Origin: the human T2T-CHM13v2.0 reference genome, Homo sapiens
Direction: 5' to 3' (one strand)
Assembly (NCBI RefSeq): GCF_009914755.1
Contig: NC_060937.1
DNA: 64,000 nucleotides
The notes under the pieces were generated by a model. That model made no database searches and was not told where the DNA came from. It worked only from the letters and a program-made list of their open reading frames with translations. Shown here piece by piece: positions 26,791 to 41,000 of the stretch (the first letter of the stretch is position 1; every line of letters starts with the position of its first letter). Made by a program: the position numbers and the translations under genes.

Positions 26791-26832
26791 AACACACACA
26801 GATATACACACACACACGCACACACACACACA
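26791..26832. repeat. Imperfect (CA)n microsatellite
   Basis: acacacacagatatacacacacacacgcacacacacacaca. Confidence 0.85.
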
Positions 26833-28659
26833 GAGCTGTCAAGAGGACCAGACATGACAGTTTCTGTCTGTGGCCCCCAGACAGAAACACACACAAATAC
26901 TTCCAGAAAGTTTGTGTAAAGAGAACTCCTAACAATTTCTGAGGAGAAACTTAATTGAATCTAAGAGAATGTCTTGTAAAACACCTGGAATACTTAAGGC
27001 AGCTCCGTTTTTACCCCCATAAAGGAACTAGATTGCCAGAGCTCCTGGCCTTCTCAGTGTCACAGATTAGGTGACAGCTGCAGTCAGAGGTAATGACACT
27101 CTTCTCTTGGATATGGTCTTGGATGTGGTCTGGGCAGAATGACACCATAAGCAAAGCTACTGTCATGCCCGGGTGCCCTCTACGGAGGAGGCACGAGCTC
27201 CATTTTCTGACGATTATGTGACTTGTCTTCAGGCACAGAGCCTGAACAGGAACCTATGGCCATCCGACTCCAAACACTGAGCAGGTCCATCACTGTCTCC
27301 GGAGCTCTGACAGCAACATACAACACAAGGGCACAAAAGAAGAACCCAAAGCCCTGGAATGAAAAGCTGTGGTGCGCTGCTGCAAGACCTCCAGCAAGTT
27401 CTTAGCTTCTCAGTCAAATGGACAATGAGCTCACAGGTCTGTTCCGGGATCAAACCTGCCGGCAACGTGGTGAACTGCCACCACCTTCACCAGAGTTGGC
27501 ATAGAATCTTCAGCAAGCACACTGAAGAACATGGGAAGCCATCTTTAAAACAGCACTCAATTTTGGAGACATTTTTGGAAATCACTAACTCGCTGGCCAT
27601 AACTCTTAACTGAGAATATACGAGGTACAACACAATGCGACAGGGTCTCCAAAGAGTAAAAATGAGAGTAGATTTTTAGTATGGCTGAACTTTAGGCCAA
27701 TCTCCTATTTTTTAATACAGATTATTCTTCCCCTAAGTAAGAAATCCTAAAGCTGACTGCAAACAAATAAAATACCCTGGAAAGCCATGTCATCTAATTA
27801 AACTGGCCATTAAATGTGAAGAGGCATTCTGTGCTGGAAGGAATAGTGAACAATTTGTCTAAAGCAAGCCTATTCATCCATAAAGGTCTTCTTTCATTCT
27901 AATAAGTTTAAAGCTCACTCTTTATCAGTCTTTCCAATACGCCCTCCCAAAATCTGAAAATCAAGCTGTCCTTTTTATAAAATATCTACACATGCAGGGA
28001 TATGTACAGAAAAGGCCAATGGAAAGTTTATAAACCAAATGAAAAAGACCAAATAAAAACCAAGTGCTCTTTTGTGGGCAGTTTTCCCGCCAGAAGTTGT
28101 CATCAAAAACCTGTCATGGTCGAAACCCAATCTGGGACTGCATATCCCTGGCCTCCTCCATTGCCCTGGGAAGCGCCCAGGGCATTTCCACTATCAGGAC
28201 AGCATCACACCTTAGGGACTCCCCCAGTCAGATCCTGGGGCTCCACACACCAGCCAACCCTAGACACCTTTTGATATGAACAGAACCGGAGAAACATCAA
28301 GCTCCTGATTTTGACTTAATAAGAAGTTTAAGGTCAGGACTAGCCTTCATACCAGTGCTGACTCAGGACATCAGGGCTCCTCTTGAAGCCAAGGAACAAA
28401 TTTGAATCCCTGTTCTCCCCCTCACTCGACCTTCACCCTTTGAAGGTGCAGATGGTATTAATGGGTTTTTGGCTAGACATCACTAACTACCCAACGATGC
28501 CTATCGTCCCCACAATGGCCTCTGCTCTGTTAGAGGTGAGCTGGAACTGCATAGACGCAGGACAGTGCATCAGGAGAAAGACGCTCGTGGGAACTATTTG
28601 CTCTGTGATCCTGAGGTCAGCACCCTCCCAGGGCCGACCCTCCCTGCTGCATGTGGCTA

Positions 28660-28830
28660 GGGATTCTCAACCTGGGCTGCATGTGGGTAGCTCCCTAAAC
28701 AGCTCGATGTCCCAGCTTCAGCCTGGACCGATTAAACCAGAATCTTTGGGGAAGGGCCCCACCCCCCATCAGCTTAGTTAAGCTAACCAGAAACTCTCAC
28801 ACGCGGCCAAGGTTGAGGACCACCGGTCTA
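28660..28830. mobile_element. MER5-like relic
   Basis: gattctcaacctgggctgca...attaaaccagaatctttgggg...gcggccaaggttgaggaccaccggtcta. Confidence 0.65.
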
Positions 28831-29089
28831 GTCTAGGAGATTGCCCCAGGCTCTGCAGAAGTCACAATGCCAGTAGTGATGCCTGGAAAACTCTTTTTAT
28901 CCTGGGTCACACTCACCTTTCTACACCTGGGAAAAAATCACATCAGTGCAGGGGAGGAGGCACCTCCCGGCACCTCACCTTTTTCATCTTTTACCTCTCC
29001 CACCTCTCTTCTCCATGAGAGAAGGAGAGGGCAACCCCTCCCCACCACCTTGCCAGATGACTTCAGTGACTAGTAATTGATGGTGCATG

Positions 29090-29238
29090 CCCATCCCACA
29101 TCCACCAAAGACCCATCCCACACCCACCACACACCCATCCCACACACATCCCATCCCACACCCACCACACACCCATCCCACACACACACATCCCATACCC
29201 ACCACACACCCATCCCACACACACATCCCATACCCATT
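29090..29238. repeat. C/A-rich minisatellite built from CCCATCCCACAC / CCCACCACACA units
   Basis: Visible tandem reiteration of cacccatcccacacccaccaca variants; G-rich on the minus strand. Confidence 0.9.
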
Positions 29239-29797
29239 CTAACCTCTCTGGAGGTGAGCCCCAAAGGGTGCTTCGTGTACGGTGAACTAGTTGGTTAATC
29301 TAAGGTCTCCAAAATAAAAATCAGTATTTATCAAATACCTATCTTTAGCAAATGGCTCCAAGAAGCTCAAAGAATTGACAGATTTTTCTAGTCCTCAAAT
29401 ATTCTTTCGAAGAAAAGTGTTATTTCTAGCCTACTGATAACAAATCATTTTTATACAGTAACATGCTTTTCTACACATTACAATAAATCTACTAATTACT
29501 ACAATGTAAGTTCTTCCTAGTCTGTGTCCATGAACAGATAATTTACTTCTGTAAGTGGCACTACTCAGTTTATCTACCTGAGCTGTATTAATGCGTTACA
29601 AATGCCCCCACCATCTGGTTTAGTAAACTCATTTCTCCCATAGTATACACTTTATTTTATCCCTACAATAATCACATCATCTAGAGGACAAGCTGAATAA
29701 ATATCCTACAGTATTTGACAAAACAGAAAATTGGCACAAAGAGAAATTAAATTCTATGAATTGCAAAGTCTAGGTCTACACAATCAATTAGTTTTCA

Positions 29798-30057
<260 letters not shown>

Positions 30058-30196
30058 AGTTTTCCTAAATTCCTTAATATTTCCTAAATCTCCTAAAGAT
30101 TAAGGAATACTTAATATTTTAATTAAGGAAAACCCTAGTGCTAGCATCTACTATCTATAAAAAAATACTTAAGATAGAAATGCTCTAGCTAAGTTA

Positions 30197-30430
<234 letters not shown>

Positions 30431-30460
30431 TCAGTTTATCGCCTGTGGCCTCAGTACCCA

Positions 30461-30496
30461 ACACACACACACACACGCACACGCACCACACCACCA
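30461..30496. repeat. (CA)n microsatellite, imperfect
   Basis: acacacacacacacacgcacacgcaccacaccacca. Confidence 0.8.
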
Positions 30497-30967
30497 CCTG
30501 CTCTGTTACCTTAGGAAACCACTGTTTGAAGCTCCGCAAGGTCACAGTGCAGGGGAAGGTGACCCTAGAGAGAATAATGCTCAGACACCATGGGGTCCAG
30601 TCTGGACACAGCATAGTGTGTGCCAAGGTGAGGCTCTCCACCCAACTCTCCTGGAGTCACACTCCTTCTCAGCACAAGTTAAACAAAGGCTCTGAGGCTC
30701 TCCTAGTCTGCCGACGCCTACCCACCACCTGGTGCTAGCGGGCACCCCGCTTGGTCATCTCATCCACATCCTCCTCCAACCGCATGAGGCTTCATAGCAG
30801 AGGCAGCCGAGGAGGCAAGGCCCATGGTCACAAAGCTCCAGCACCCCCGGAGTCCCCACCAGGGAACCTCAGCCCTGCCCCAGGATCTCTCAGTGGTTGT
30901 GTGGGGTACTTTTCTTCAACAGAAGGCTCCCTGGCTCAAAGACGAGGCCTGCGGTTTGAGATGACAA

Positions 30968-31700
30968 TGAAACTGCCTCTGCAAAAATTCTAACAGTGAG
31001 AAAATGATGACAGTGAAAGAGATCTGACCTAACCGACTCCATCTTGCTTCTACCCTCCAAGCTGTCCTTTTCATTCCTGGGCATGGGCTGAACTAACTTC
31101 GGGAGGAACTTAGTTTATAGTTTAACTTTGAAACAAAAATGGTAATAGCCCTTTCCCAAAACAAACCCCCTTCTTGCCTGGGGACTATACTACCTTTGTA
31201 AGGCTAACAAATTAGCTACAAGATTAGAAATTATGGTTTAGGGGTCACGCAGGCCGGAGGCTACAAGATTCTGAACCTCCCAAAACTGCTCCTGGGGATA
31301 AGATCACTGTTGTAAAAACTAAGATCAGTGCTTGGAATATTTTGCAGACCCAGTGTTCTGATGCACCAGCTAGTGCCACCCAGACCGGTAATCTGGCTCA
31401 ACCAGTTCTGGGATCCCACCCAGGAACCGAAAACAGCAAAAAACCCACTTCAATCTCCTATGATTCCATCTCCGACCCAACCAATCAGCATTCCCCACTT
31501 CCTGAACCCCTACCCACCAAATTATCCTTAAAAATCCCAATCTCCAAATTTTCAGAGAGGCTGATTTGAGTAACAATAAAACTCTGGTCTCCTGTATAGC
31601 CAGCACTATGTGAATTAAACTCTTTGTCTATTGCAATTCCCCTGTCTTGATAAATCAGCTGTTTGGGCAGCAGGCAAGGAGAACCCACTGGGCAGTCCCA
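30968..31700 (+). mobile_element. ERV1 solo LTR, LTR8 family
   Basis: TG start tgaaactgcctctgcaaaaatt...gacagtgaaagagatctgacctaaccgactccatcttgcttcta and CA end; CCAAT (accaatcagc) and AATAAA present; exact 4-bp TSD ACAA (30964-30967, 31701-31704). Confidence 0.88.
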
Positions 31701-31767
31701 ACAAACAGGCCCTGACAGCATAACCAGGAGTTTCATCAGGCAAGAATTTGATAAAAAATATGCAACG

Positions 31768-32070
<303 letters not shown>

Positions 32071-32094
32071 TATATATATATATATATATGTGTG

Positions 32095-32138
<44 letters not shown>

Positions 32139-32329
32139 ATGCATTCCAAATAAAGTATATAGTTCCTTGGAAAGTGAAACTGGCACCTCCTTTATTAAAA
32201 TCAAAATGCAAACAAAAGCCATGGAAAACATACCCAGTGTACAAATAAACAGTAACAAACAGTGGCAGCTCCCACTGCTGAAGCTCCTCCCACGGGAAGG
32301 CCTTGTGCTGGGCAGCGTTCACAAATACG

Positions 32330-32480
32330 GTTTCTAGACCTCACAACCACCCCATGAGAAAGAGAACACTGTCCTCATTACACAGCTGAGACAATTCGGG
32401 CACAGATCTTACACAAGATCCCCCACAGCTCGGAAGCGGGGTTTAAGGATCATGGGTCATTCTCTGGACTGCAAAGTGCT
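32330..32480 (-). mobile_element. MIR
   Basis: cctcacaaccaccccatgag...tcctcattacacagctgagacaattcgggcacaga. Confidence 0.6.
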
Positions 32481-33057
32481 CATGAGCTGCAAGCTTCACA
32501 GGGTGCCTGACTCCAGAGGCACCTAAGTGGCAAGGCTCATCCTGTCATCACACTAGAATGCCAGGAGTAAAATGTGATACCACTTCCCATTCCCTACAGG
32601 TGAACTCACCTTCCTGTATTTTACAAGAACTGATGGAAGCAATGATGAGTATCAGGAAACTGACTATTCTAGAAGCCAGACCAAATCGTTTTGGTGTATG
32701 CAGATTTCAATTAATAACGCATTTCCTTTACCTGAAAATCTTTTAGCTTTTAGAGGCCTCGAAGGGGAAATTCCTGGAATGGAGGTGCGAAGGTCATAGA
32801 CAAGGTTGATTTGTCACAAATAGGAACACACGTATCCTGCCCACCGGGGGGAAAAATGTCACTGAGTGTTCTTTTCTCCCTAGGTGGGGCAGCAAGGGCA
32901 AGAGGGAACGTGAGCAATCAAGATACAATCTGTGAGCCAAATCCTACATCTCACAGAAACCCTGCAAGCTCCAGGCCAACACACTTCAGTAGGGGCCAGA
33001 AAACAAATGCCTTAGGCTTTGGGGACTAAATTGTCTCTGTTGCATATTCTTCTTCTA

Positions 33058-33362
33058 TCTTTTTTTTTTTTTCTCTTCCAAGAGAAGGGATCTCTCCCTG
33101 TCACCCAGACAGGAGTGCAGTGGCACAATCATGGCTCATTGCAGCCTCAAACTCCTGGGTTCAAGTGATCCTCTCACCTCAGCCTCCCAAGTAGCTGAGA
33201 CTACAGATGTGTGCCACCATGCCTGGCTGACTGTTATTTTACTTTTTGTAGAGACGGGGTCTATGTTGCCCAGGATGGTCTCTAACTCCAGGGCTCAAAT
33301 GATCCTCTCACCCCGACCTCCCAAAGTGCTGGGATTATAGGGATGAGCCACCACACCTGCCC
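33058..33362 (-). mobile_element. AluJ
   Basis: Poly-T; ggcacaatcatggctcattgcagcctcaaactcctgggttcaagtgatcctc (J-type). Confidence 0.93.
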
Positions 33363-33519
33363 TTCTCTCCATTTTTAAAAGCTCATGAGCTGATAAAAGC
33401 CGGCCTCCTAGTCCCCTGCAGGAGCCCAGTGCTCTGGGGTCCCGGGAGCTGCCCTGACCTCTCAGAACGATCTTCCAAGCATCACTCAACAGAACCAGAA
33501 ACACATACCCTGCCAGCCA

Positions 33520-33621
33520 CCACACTCCTCCGCCTGTCCTCCAGCTGTCCGGCTGCCACACTCCTCCGCCTGTCCTCCAGCCGCCCAGCCACACTCCTCC
33601 GCCTGTCCTCCAGTCGCCCAG
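33520..33621. repeat. Three-copy tandem repeat with a 25-bp identical core CCACACTCCTCCGCCTGTCCTCCAG
   Basis: Core at 33520-33544, 33556-33580 and 33589-33613; periods 36 and 33. Confidence 0.92.
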
Positions 33622-34439
33622 TGAAAGGGAGGGGGAAGCAGGCCCTTGTGTGCCCCCGACACTGGCCGGAGCCCGCCCCTCCCGGCTCATCTCCTTACCT
33701 CCCCCAAACCCCTTGAAGCAGCCGCCTCCAAAGATGAGAAGGGGAGGCTTGGCAAGTAAGTCACTCACCCAGGGAGAGAGCCAGGATGGTGGCCTTCAGC
33801 TCCTTGAGTCCTCAAGCCAGCGTTCTTCAGCCTACACTGTGACCCCCTCAAGACCTACCTCTGAAGGAGCAGGCTACCTGTGCAGTGCCACCTCTCTAGA
33901 CAGTGGCCCTCAGAGGGCTCCCATCAGGCAGTCCTCCTGGGTGAGGCTGCTGGGATGGCTAAGGACACCTGTCTTCGTGGGGCCTCTCACAAACACACAC
34001 ACCTCATCTGGAGTGGGGCCTTCCCCCTGGATGGCGTTACCCTATGGCCGCTGTGATGTCTGCTTTGAACAGCAGCGGGCTCATTCACAACAGCACAGTG
34101 CCCGGCACACGGGAGACCTCAACCCCATCAGCTGAATAAACAAGTGAGGCGAGTGCAGCTGAGGAGCTGAGGCCCCAGCCGCCAGCTGTGGCACGAGAGG
34201 CAGACAGACCTTCCAGACTAAGGACCGGGCCACGCACTGGCCAGGGTGCCGGCCTCACTACCCACAGCAGGACAGGGGCCCCAGCTCCACCCAGGTGCAT
34301 GCCAACAGCCCAGGAAGCAGCAAGCAGGTGGAGACGTGCACCCGTAAGTACAGAATGTGAGACAGAAGCAAGAGGAGGTGGCGATCTTTATAGTCTTCAC
34401 CTGGGTTCCTTTCTGCTGCCCCCTCAGTGTAGTGCAGGG

Positions 34440-34620
34440 GCTGAGGGCTCAGCTCCTGGAGCCAGGCTGCCTGAATCGAATCCCCAGCTCTGATGAGGGA
34501 TTCGATTTAAGTGACTGACAAAGTCACTTAAACGCCCTGTGCCTCAGCTGCCTCTTCTATAGATGGGGATAACAAGAGTACCCACAACACAGGGCTGTGG
34601 GATGAACCTGCTGAGGGGCT
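34440..34620 (+). mobile_element. MIR
   Basis: ctggagccaggctgcctgaatcgaatccccagctctg...acaaagtcacttaaac...ctgtgcctcag...atggggataacaagagtaccc. Confidence 0.75.
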
Positions 34621-34921
34621 CAGGGCTCCGCTGCATGGCCCAACCACTTCCATGATGCCCCAGCTGCTCCGCTCGGGGTGCAGCTGGAGGTCAGAGTGGG
34701 CAGGGCCTACCTTGTAGATGTCACTTGTAGCTTCCACCCTGGTTTTCTGTCACAACAGACACCTGCTTTCTGGTGCCCATCAATGTCACTAATCCACAGG
34801 GATGTCAACAAATCCTCATCACTTCCAGAACTTCCTTCCCAAGAACCATGCTAAGCTTCAGGTTTTAGTGAAGGAAAGGGTATTCTCCATCGGCTAGGTC
34901 AATCACTGCTTTGGTGCTTGC

Positions 34922-35251
<330 letters not shown>

Positions 35252-36399
35252 TAGCTTACTGCACCTTCAACTGATCTTCTGCTCCAAGGGGAGTTTGTGA
35301 GCTCATCTTATTCATTCTCTGCCCAGTCTCTTGCCACTTCTTTCTCCTAGTCCTCTATTCTGGTACACACATACACATTCACACACATGCATGCACACAC
35401 CTGCCTACAAAACCATGCCTTGTGCTAAACCCTACCTCCTGGAGGGAGCTTCCAGAGCAGCCCACCTGCCGCCTGACCTCCTAGGTTCATCACTGCCACT
35501 GCCTCCTTCCCACACTCAGGCCCTGGTGTCCCTTCTTTCTTGCTCCTCGGTGAGGCCCAAACAGGTGAAAATTTCATAATTACTGAGAAAACCACAGAAA
35601 AGATAATACTTTGTTCTGCCCTCGCCACCTGTCACAATTTCTGGAAGGCATTCGAAGGAGACACAGGAGTCAGGGCTGGTGGGGAGGGGGACACAGAAAG
35701 GAAAGGGCGACAGCCAAGACTCACACACAGTCACTCCCCAGACCTGACATCCAGCTGTACACAGCAGAGCACCCGCTGTTTCCATCAAAGGCTCAGCCTG
35801 CTGCGCACTTTGTACACAATTTTCCATTTCCATTCGGCTCACTCCAGCTGTGCCGCCCTGAAGCACACACCTCTTCCATGGGTGGGTTCAGCCTGCTACA
35901 ATACTAACATCCTCCAAGAGAGCAAATACTATAATGCAACTCTTTTTGTGATTCGGCTGCTTTTCTCCATTTTGCCATATTTATATAACAATATTAATGT
36001 TGCAATGGAAGTAGGAGTACATCTATTGGCACCATAATCTGTCGTCCCCTTCCTATATTAAAATGATTCTTGATGATGAACCATCCTTGGATGCCTGAAA
36101 AAAAGAATCAAATCCTTTATCTTCAGTGCTCTCACAGCATTTGAAAATAATGCTAGATTTTAAAACATCACAAGTCAGCAAAGCAAAGTGCTTAAGAGAG
36201 TAGGCTTTGGAGTCAGGCTGGCCCAGTGTTCTTCTCTCGACTTGATCTCTGCAAAGCTCCATTTAAAAACAAAAAAAAAAGGAAACTTACATTACCAGCA
36301 CAGTAATGACGGCTGCATCATTATTTCTCTCTTATGTTACCTCAGAATTTACTAGGTCCATAATGGCAACTTTTTACTGCTTTGTATTAAAATTACACA

Positions 36400-37082
36400 T
36401 AGGAGAAATGGGAACATTACAAACGGCTGGAGGGAGCAAAATGACGTGGCCACTTCAGAAAGCCATTTGGCAATTTCTCAAAAGGTTAAGCATAAAACTA
36501 CCATATGTGGAAACCAGAGAGTCTCCAAGGGGAAACAAAAAACCTACCCTCTAACCCAGCAACTCCATTCCCAAGAGAACAGGACACACAAGTCCACGCA
36601 GACACACACACAGATGTTCACAGCGACATGATTCACAGTAACCGCCAGTGCAAACGGCCTAAATGTCCACCAGCTGGAGAGTAAACAGACAACAAACAGG
36701 TGGCCCATCCAAACAACAGAATACGATTCTGCTGCAAAAGGAATGAACAACAGACACAAGCTGCGTTGCGAGCCCCAAGAACGTCATGCTAAGCAAAAGC
36801 AGCCAGTCACAAAGGAACACATACTGTGTGATCGACTTACATGAAATGTCCAGAAAAGGCAAATTTATAGAGCTACAAAGTAGATGCAGAATTGTCCAAG
36901 GCTAGGGTGGGAACAGAGATCACCTGTGAATGACGATGAGGAATCTTACTGGGGATGAAATGTTCTGCTCTGATTGATGCTAGCTGCACCATTCAGTAAA
37001 ATTACTAAAACTCACTGCATTTTACACCTGAAATGAATTTTATGGTATGTAAAATATGTATCAATAAAGCTGTTTCAAAGAA
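36400..37082 (+). mobile_element. L1MB/ME-type 3' end
   Basis: tttggcaatttctcaaaaggttaagcataaaactaccatatg...atgaaatgtccagaaaaggcaaatttatagag...atgaattttatggtatgtaaaatatgtatcaataaagctgtt. Confidence 0.82.
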
Positions 37083-37382
37083 AAACTACACATTACATAC
37101 CTTTAGACTTCTGTCTCTCACAAATGACTGTGAGATCCTTAAGGGCAAAGACTTCCTTCAGTTCATCTTGCCCCAGCATCTAGTAAAATGCCTGGCACAA
37201 GTGAGAGCTGAAATGCCCAGTGGATGAAGGACTTTTGAAAACAAAACCAAAAAAAGCTAAGTATTGTTCACAGTTTCATGATTTACCTAAACTTCACATT
37301 CCTGTCTACTCCTCCACCTAACTGATCCCCAAAACCAATGACCAGTGCAGGCCACAAAGCTGACAACGTGTCCATGAAGCTT

Positions 37383-38049
37383 GGTGGCAGGCCAAGTCTC
37401 TCTCACACAGGCCTCTATAACAACTGTTTCAGTACTGAGTGGTTAAGCTAAATATTAAAAGCAAAAAAAAAAAAAAAAAAAAGCCATTGCCCTTATACAA
37501 AGCTGGAATATAACAAAAGCCCACCAAGAGTTTTGCCTAGGCCTTTCCTGGGCCTTAAAGCATGACAAAATAACCAAAGAATTCTTAACAGGACCCATTT
37601 AAGATTAAATAAGTTTTACTAGGAGTCTGAAGAAGCTCCCCAGGCCTCCACAGACAAGGTTATTGGGCATCTGAAGGAACTCCCCAAACCTCTGTGATTT
37701 AGCAGGAGACAAAATAAGGGTTATCTACCCCAGCACCTGGACGCATTTAGATTAAGTAAATCTACTGAGGCTCCAGAGGAAGGTCTTCAGGACTCAGACC
37801 TTAGTTATAGACTAAGAGAAGTTGCTCACTAATGTCTTTAGCTGCACACTTACATACAAGAATATATAGCTTAGAAGGTATATAAGCTCTGGAAAACTTT
37901 GTAATTTTGAGTTGGTCCGGGGATAATTTCCAGGCCTTCTCCCTGTAACCGGCTGCAGGAAATAAAAACGCTCTTCCTCTCCAGTTCATCTGCATCTCAT
38001 TATTGGGCCCGAGAAATAGCAGCCTGACCCTCAGTTTGGTCTGGGAACA
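37383..38049 (+). mobile_element. ERV1 solo LTR (PABL_A-like)
   Basis: gtggcaggccaagtctc...caggcctctataacaactgtttcagtactgagtggttaag...ggtatataagctc (TATA)...aaataaaa...gtttggtctgggaaca; exact 4-bp TSD GCTT (37379-37382, 38050-38053). Subfamily from memory. Confidence 0.75.
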
Positions 38050-41000
38050 GCTTCAAGCTGATCAAAATCAGGACCCAACACTTTCAGCTGCATCCCGACC
38101 AACTATGAAGGGCAGTTTGTTCAGATGTTCAAAGGAAACAGTGTTTTCCTAATGGCAGTATTATGAAAACTTTTGAGGTTGTGAGCAAAGAGACCATGAT
38201 GTCAGCATCAGAGCCAGAAAGTGGGAGGGTTCAGGAAAATTATAACCTAATTTACAATAAACTTTTAAATTCTTTCAAGAGATATTTCTTATTTTTGACT
38301 TAGAAGCTGCCAATGTAATAAATGTACCAGATGCTGTCCCTACAGAATTAAATCATGTAATCCCCATCTCTTCAAAGATAAGGAAACCAGAACACAAAGG
38401 TGAGATGAACTGTAGGAAAGATTTGAACCAGTTTGTCTCAACAGCCTGTGCCCTCATCCATGACACTTTACCCTTTTACCATGAGGAAGTGTATTTTATC
38501 TGCACATCTAAACAGCACGCACTGGTATTACTGAAGCCCGGGGGTTAGCAGGGTGTATCACATAAATTCCGGGAAATGTGGAATAGAGTGAGCAATACTT
38601 TTCCACTCACTACTCCATTACTGCTGCTACAATATTTAGTTGAGAAAATAAAATCGTGCATTTCAAAGCAATCTCTTCCTTGGCACAGATCAAAGGACAC
38701 AGAACACAAGTGAGTCAAAGCTCGTTCCATCTCCACCCGCTGTTCTCCAAGGGTCCACTAGGACTTTAACCATGGGCCGTTTATAACTCATTTCTTATCC
38801 CGACCTGAAGACAAAGGTTATTTACAAGACTGCGTTATTTTCTGGACATGGTAATCAGCTCTCATGATTTAATACTTTCTTGACATCACACTCCACCGAC
38901 CCTAGCGCTGACTGATATGTCAGCCATTTTAAAGCATTGTAAATGGGACTTAAATAAGCAACGTTTTGGAAGGTGTGCAAACCTAAATAAATATTGCTGA
39001 GTAGGGACCATTCCAGCCAACTCTCTCGTCTGTTAAGGTAAAAAGGACTGACAAAAACAATACATTCATCCTATGCACAAACAACAACAACAACAACAAA
39101 AAAAACGGCCAATTGGTAGGTTCCAACTTCCTCCCAGCTCTGCCTTTTACTGATGGTAACCAGAACAGGGCCAGCCTCAAACTCCAGGGTCAACTCAAGT
39201 GACAACACAGTAACCCCTCATACTCACAGAGCACTCTGTGTTTTTCAGGAAACCAGCATATAAATATAAATGGCTTCCTAGACCCAAGAAACAGCCTACA
39301 AGGTAGTTCATGCACTTCAGATAAAGAAACACACATTAAAAATCATACAGCTGAGCCTAATAAATGCTCGGGTTTCCCGGTTCCTAGGTTCCTTTCCATA
39401 TTAGTCCCTTGTTCCTGGAGTGAAAGTGACGGGAAGCAAAGCAGCCCACAGCCCTAGAAAGGCTGATGGTGCAATCTACTTTCTATGCGTTTGTCTTTTA
39501 CTCTACTTTCTCCATCTACACGTCCAAGTACCAACGCTTACCCTGTATGTCCGTAAGAGGTCAGTTGAAATCTAGACCCCCTCATTTCCAAACAACACCA
39601 GAACACGCGGCCTGACAGGAACGGGTGTATTTGTGGAGACGATGGGACGGAGTACCAAGTCTCAGATCCACCACTTCCTGTAGCAGAAAACAGCAGCCAG
39701 CTAGCGTGGACCTGGAAGGCCCAAAGACTGAAGCCTCCGGGGGCTTACAGGTGCCAGCAAAGGCCAAGGGAGGGGGGAGAGGCCGCAGCTCCGCTCCGGC
39801 TGGGAGGAGACCAGTCATGCCATCCTCCAAAGTTTACAGCTTCGGGAAAATCCTCTCTATCCAAGTGTCCCCACAGAGTTGTTTTTTTCCCCAAAAAAAG
39901 AGAACTAAACACTTGAAGGGCAAACCAAATGAATAATTCAACCAATGTGCTCCCGCGGCTGGACCTGACAGGAAGTCTGCATACATTTACTTAACTGCGG
40001 CTCTCTCAGTACAACTCAACTTTGATTCGGCACTCAGATTTGAGAAACCTCGACCCTCCAGAAGCACCAAGCAAAAAAGGTCTCCAAGCACAAACACAGC
40101 TGCCCCAAATTCCCGGTCTGCCCAAACTGCACCTCTCAGAGTGGGGCCTCAGTCCTGCTCTCAGAACATTCTGGTGCGTAATAAAGGCACACACTACGAA
40201 AGGTCAAACAGCTGGTCTCCATCAACAGCAGCTGAGAAGCAGCAGGTGAGGCCAGGGTGGGCGCGGACCCGAAGACGCGGGTCTGATCGCTGCAGAGAGA
40301 CAGAGAATACAGAGAGAGGGGAGGCAGCAACAGGAGACCCCGCACTGGGGCCCGGAAGCCCTCTACTCCCAAGTGGCCCCCAAGGATGGTGCTGAACTAT
40401 GGTAGGACGCAGGACACCCCTCGACTGCAAGAGAGGAGCTGCCAGCCGCCCCGAGGGTGAAGCCTGCAGATGCGGTGCCGGTCATCAATGGCTTCTATTG
40501 AACGGATCACCGCCAGAAGCTGCCATCCACGACTCAGTATCCGGCAGACTCGGTCACCCACACGCATAAACCACATGCTATACAAAAGAAACTTGATTTT
40601 ACTTCTGGGTCTTTTTTGATCCTAGGCTTCATAAGAACAGCACACAATGTAAATTGGCAAGTGTGAGTATCCTGGCTCTAATTTGGAGTCATGTTAGTGG
40701 ACCTCAGGTTTAAAAATAGCTATGAAGAGGCTTCTAGTAAAAGCCATTAAATGAAAGGTGCATTTACGTTAGGCTGCTGTGGCCCACGCTGAAGTTAATA
40801 AAGGAAGGAGAGTGAGAAGAAAAGTCCATCTGCAATAAAACTAGGAACTACTCTCACCTGAACCCACAGATGACAAAGACTACCTGCCGGGCACAATGAC
40901 CTCTGCCCCAGGCTGAGGCGACAACTGAGAACACAGCAGGACCTTAGGCCAGCACAGGGGCAGGAGGCTCTGAAACTGAGGTGGCAGGTACGTTCCCGTG

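Noticed and set aside
33520-33621. CRISPR-like appearance (identical 25-bp repeats with variable gaps)
   Set aside because: Only three copies, gaps of 8-11 nt that resemble each other, mammalian context and no cas genes; it is a minisatellite.
36062-36100. TGATGA...CTGA box C/D-like motif pair
   Set aside because: The spacing is far too short for a snoRNA, there is no terminal stem, and it is antisense to the host transcript.
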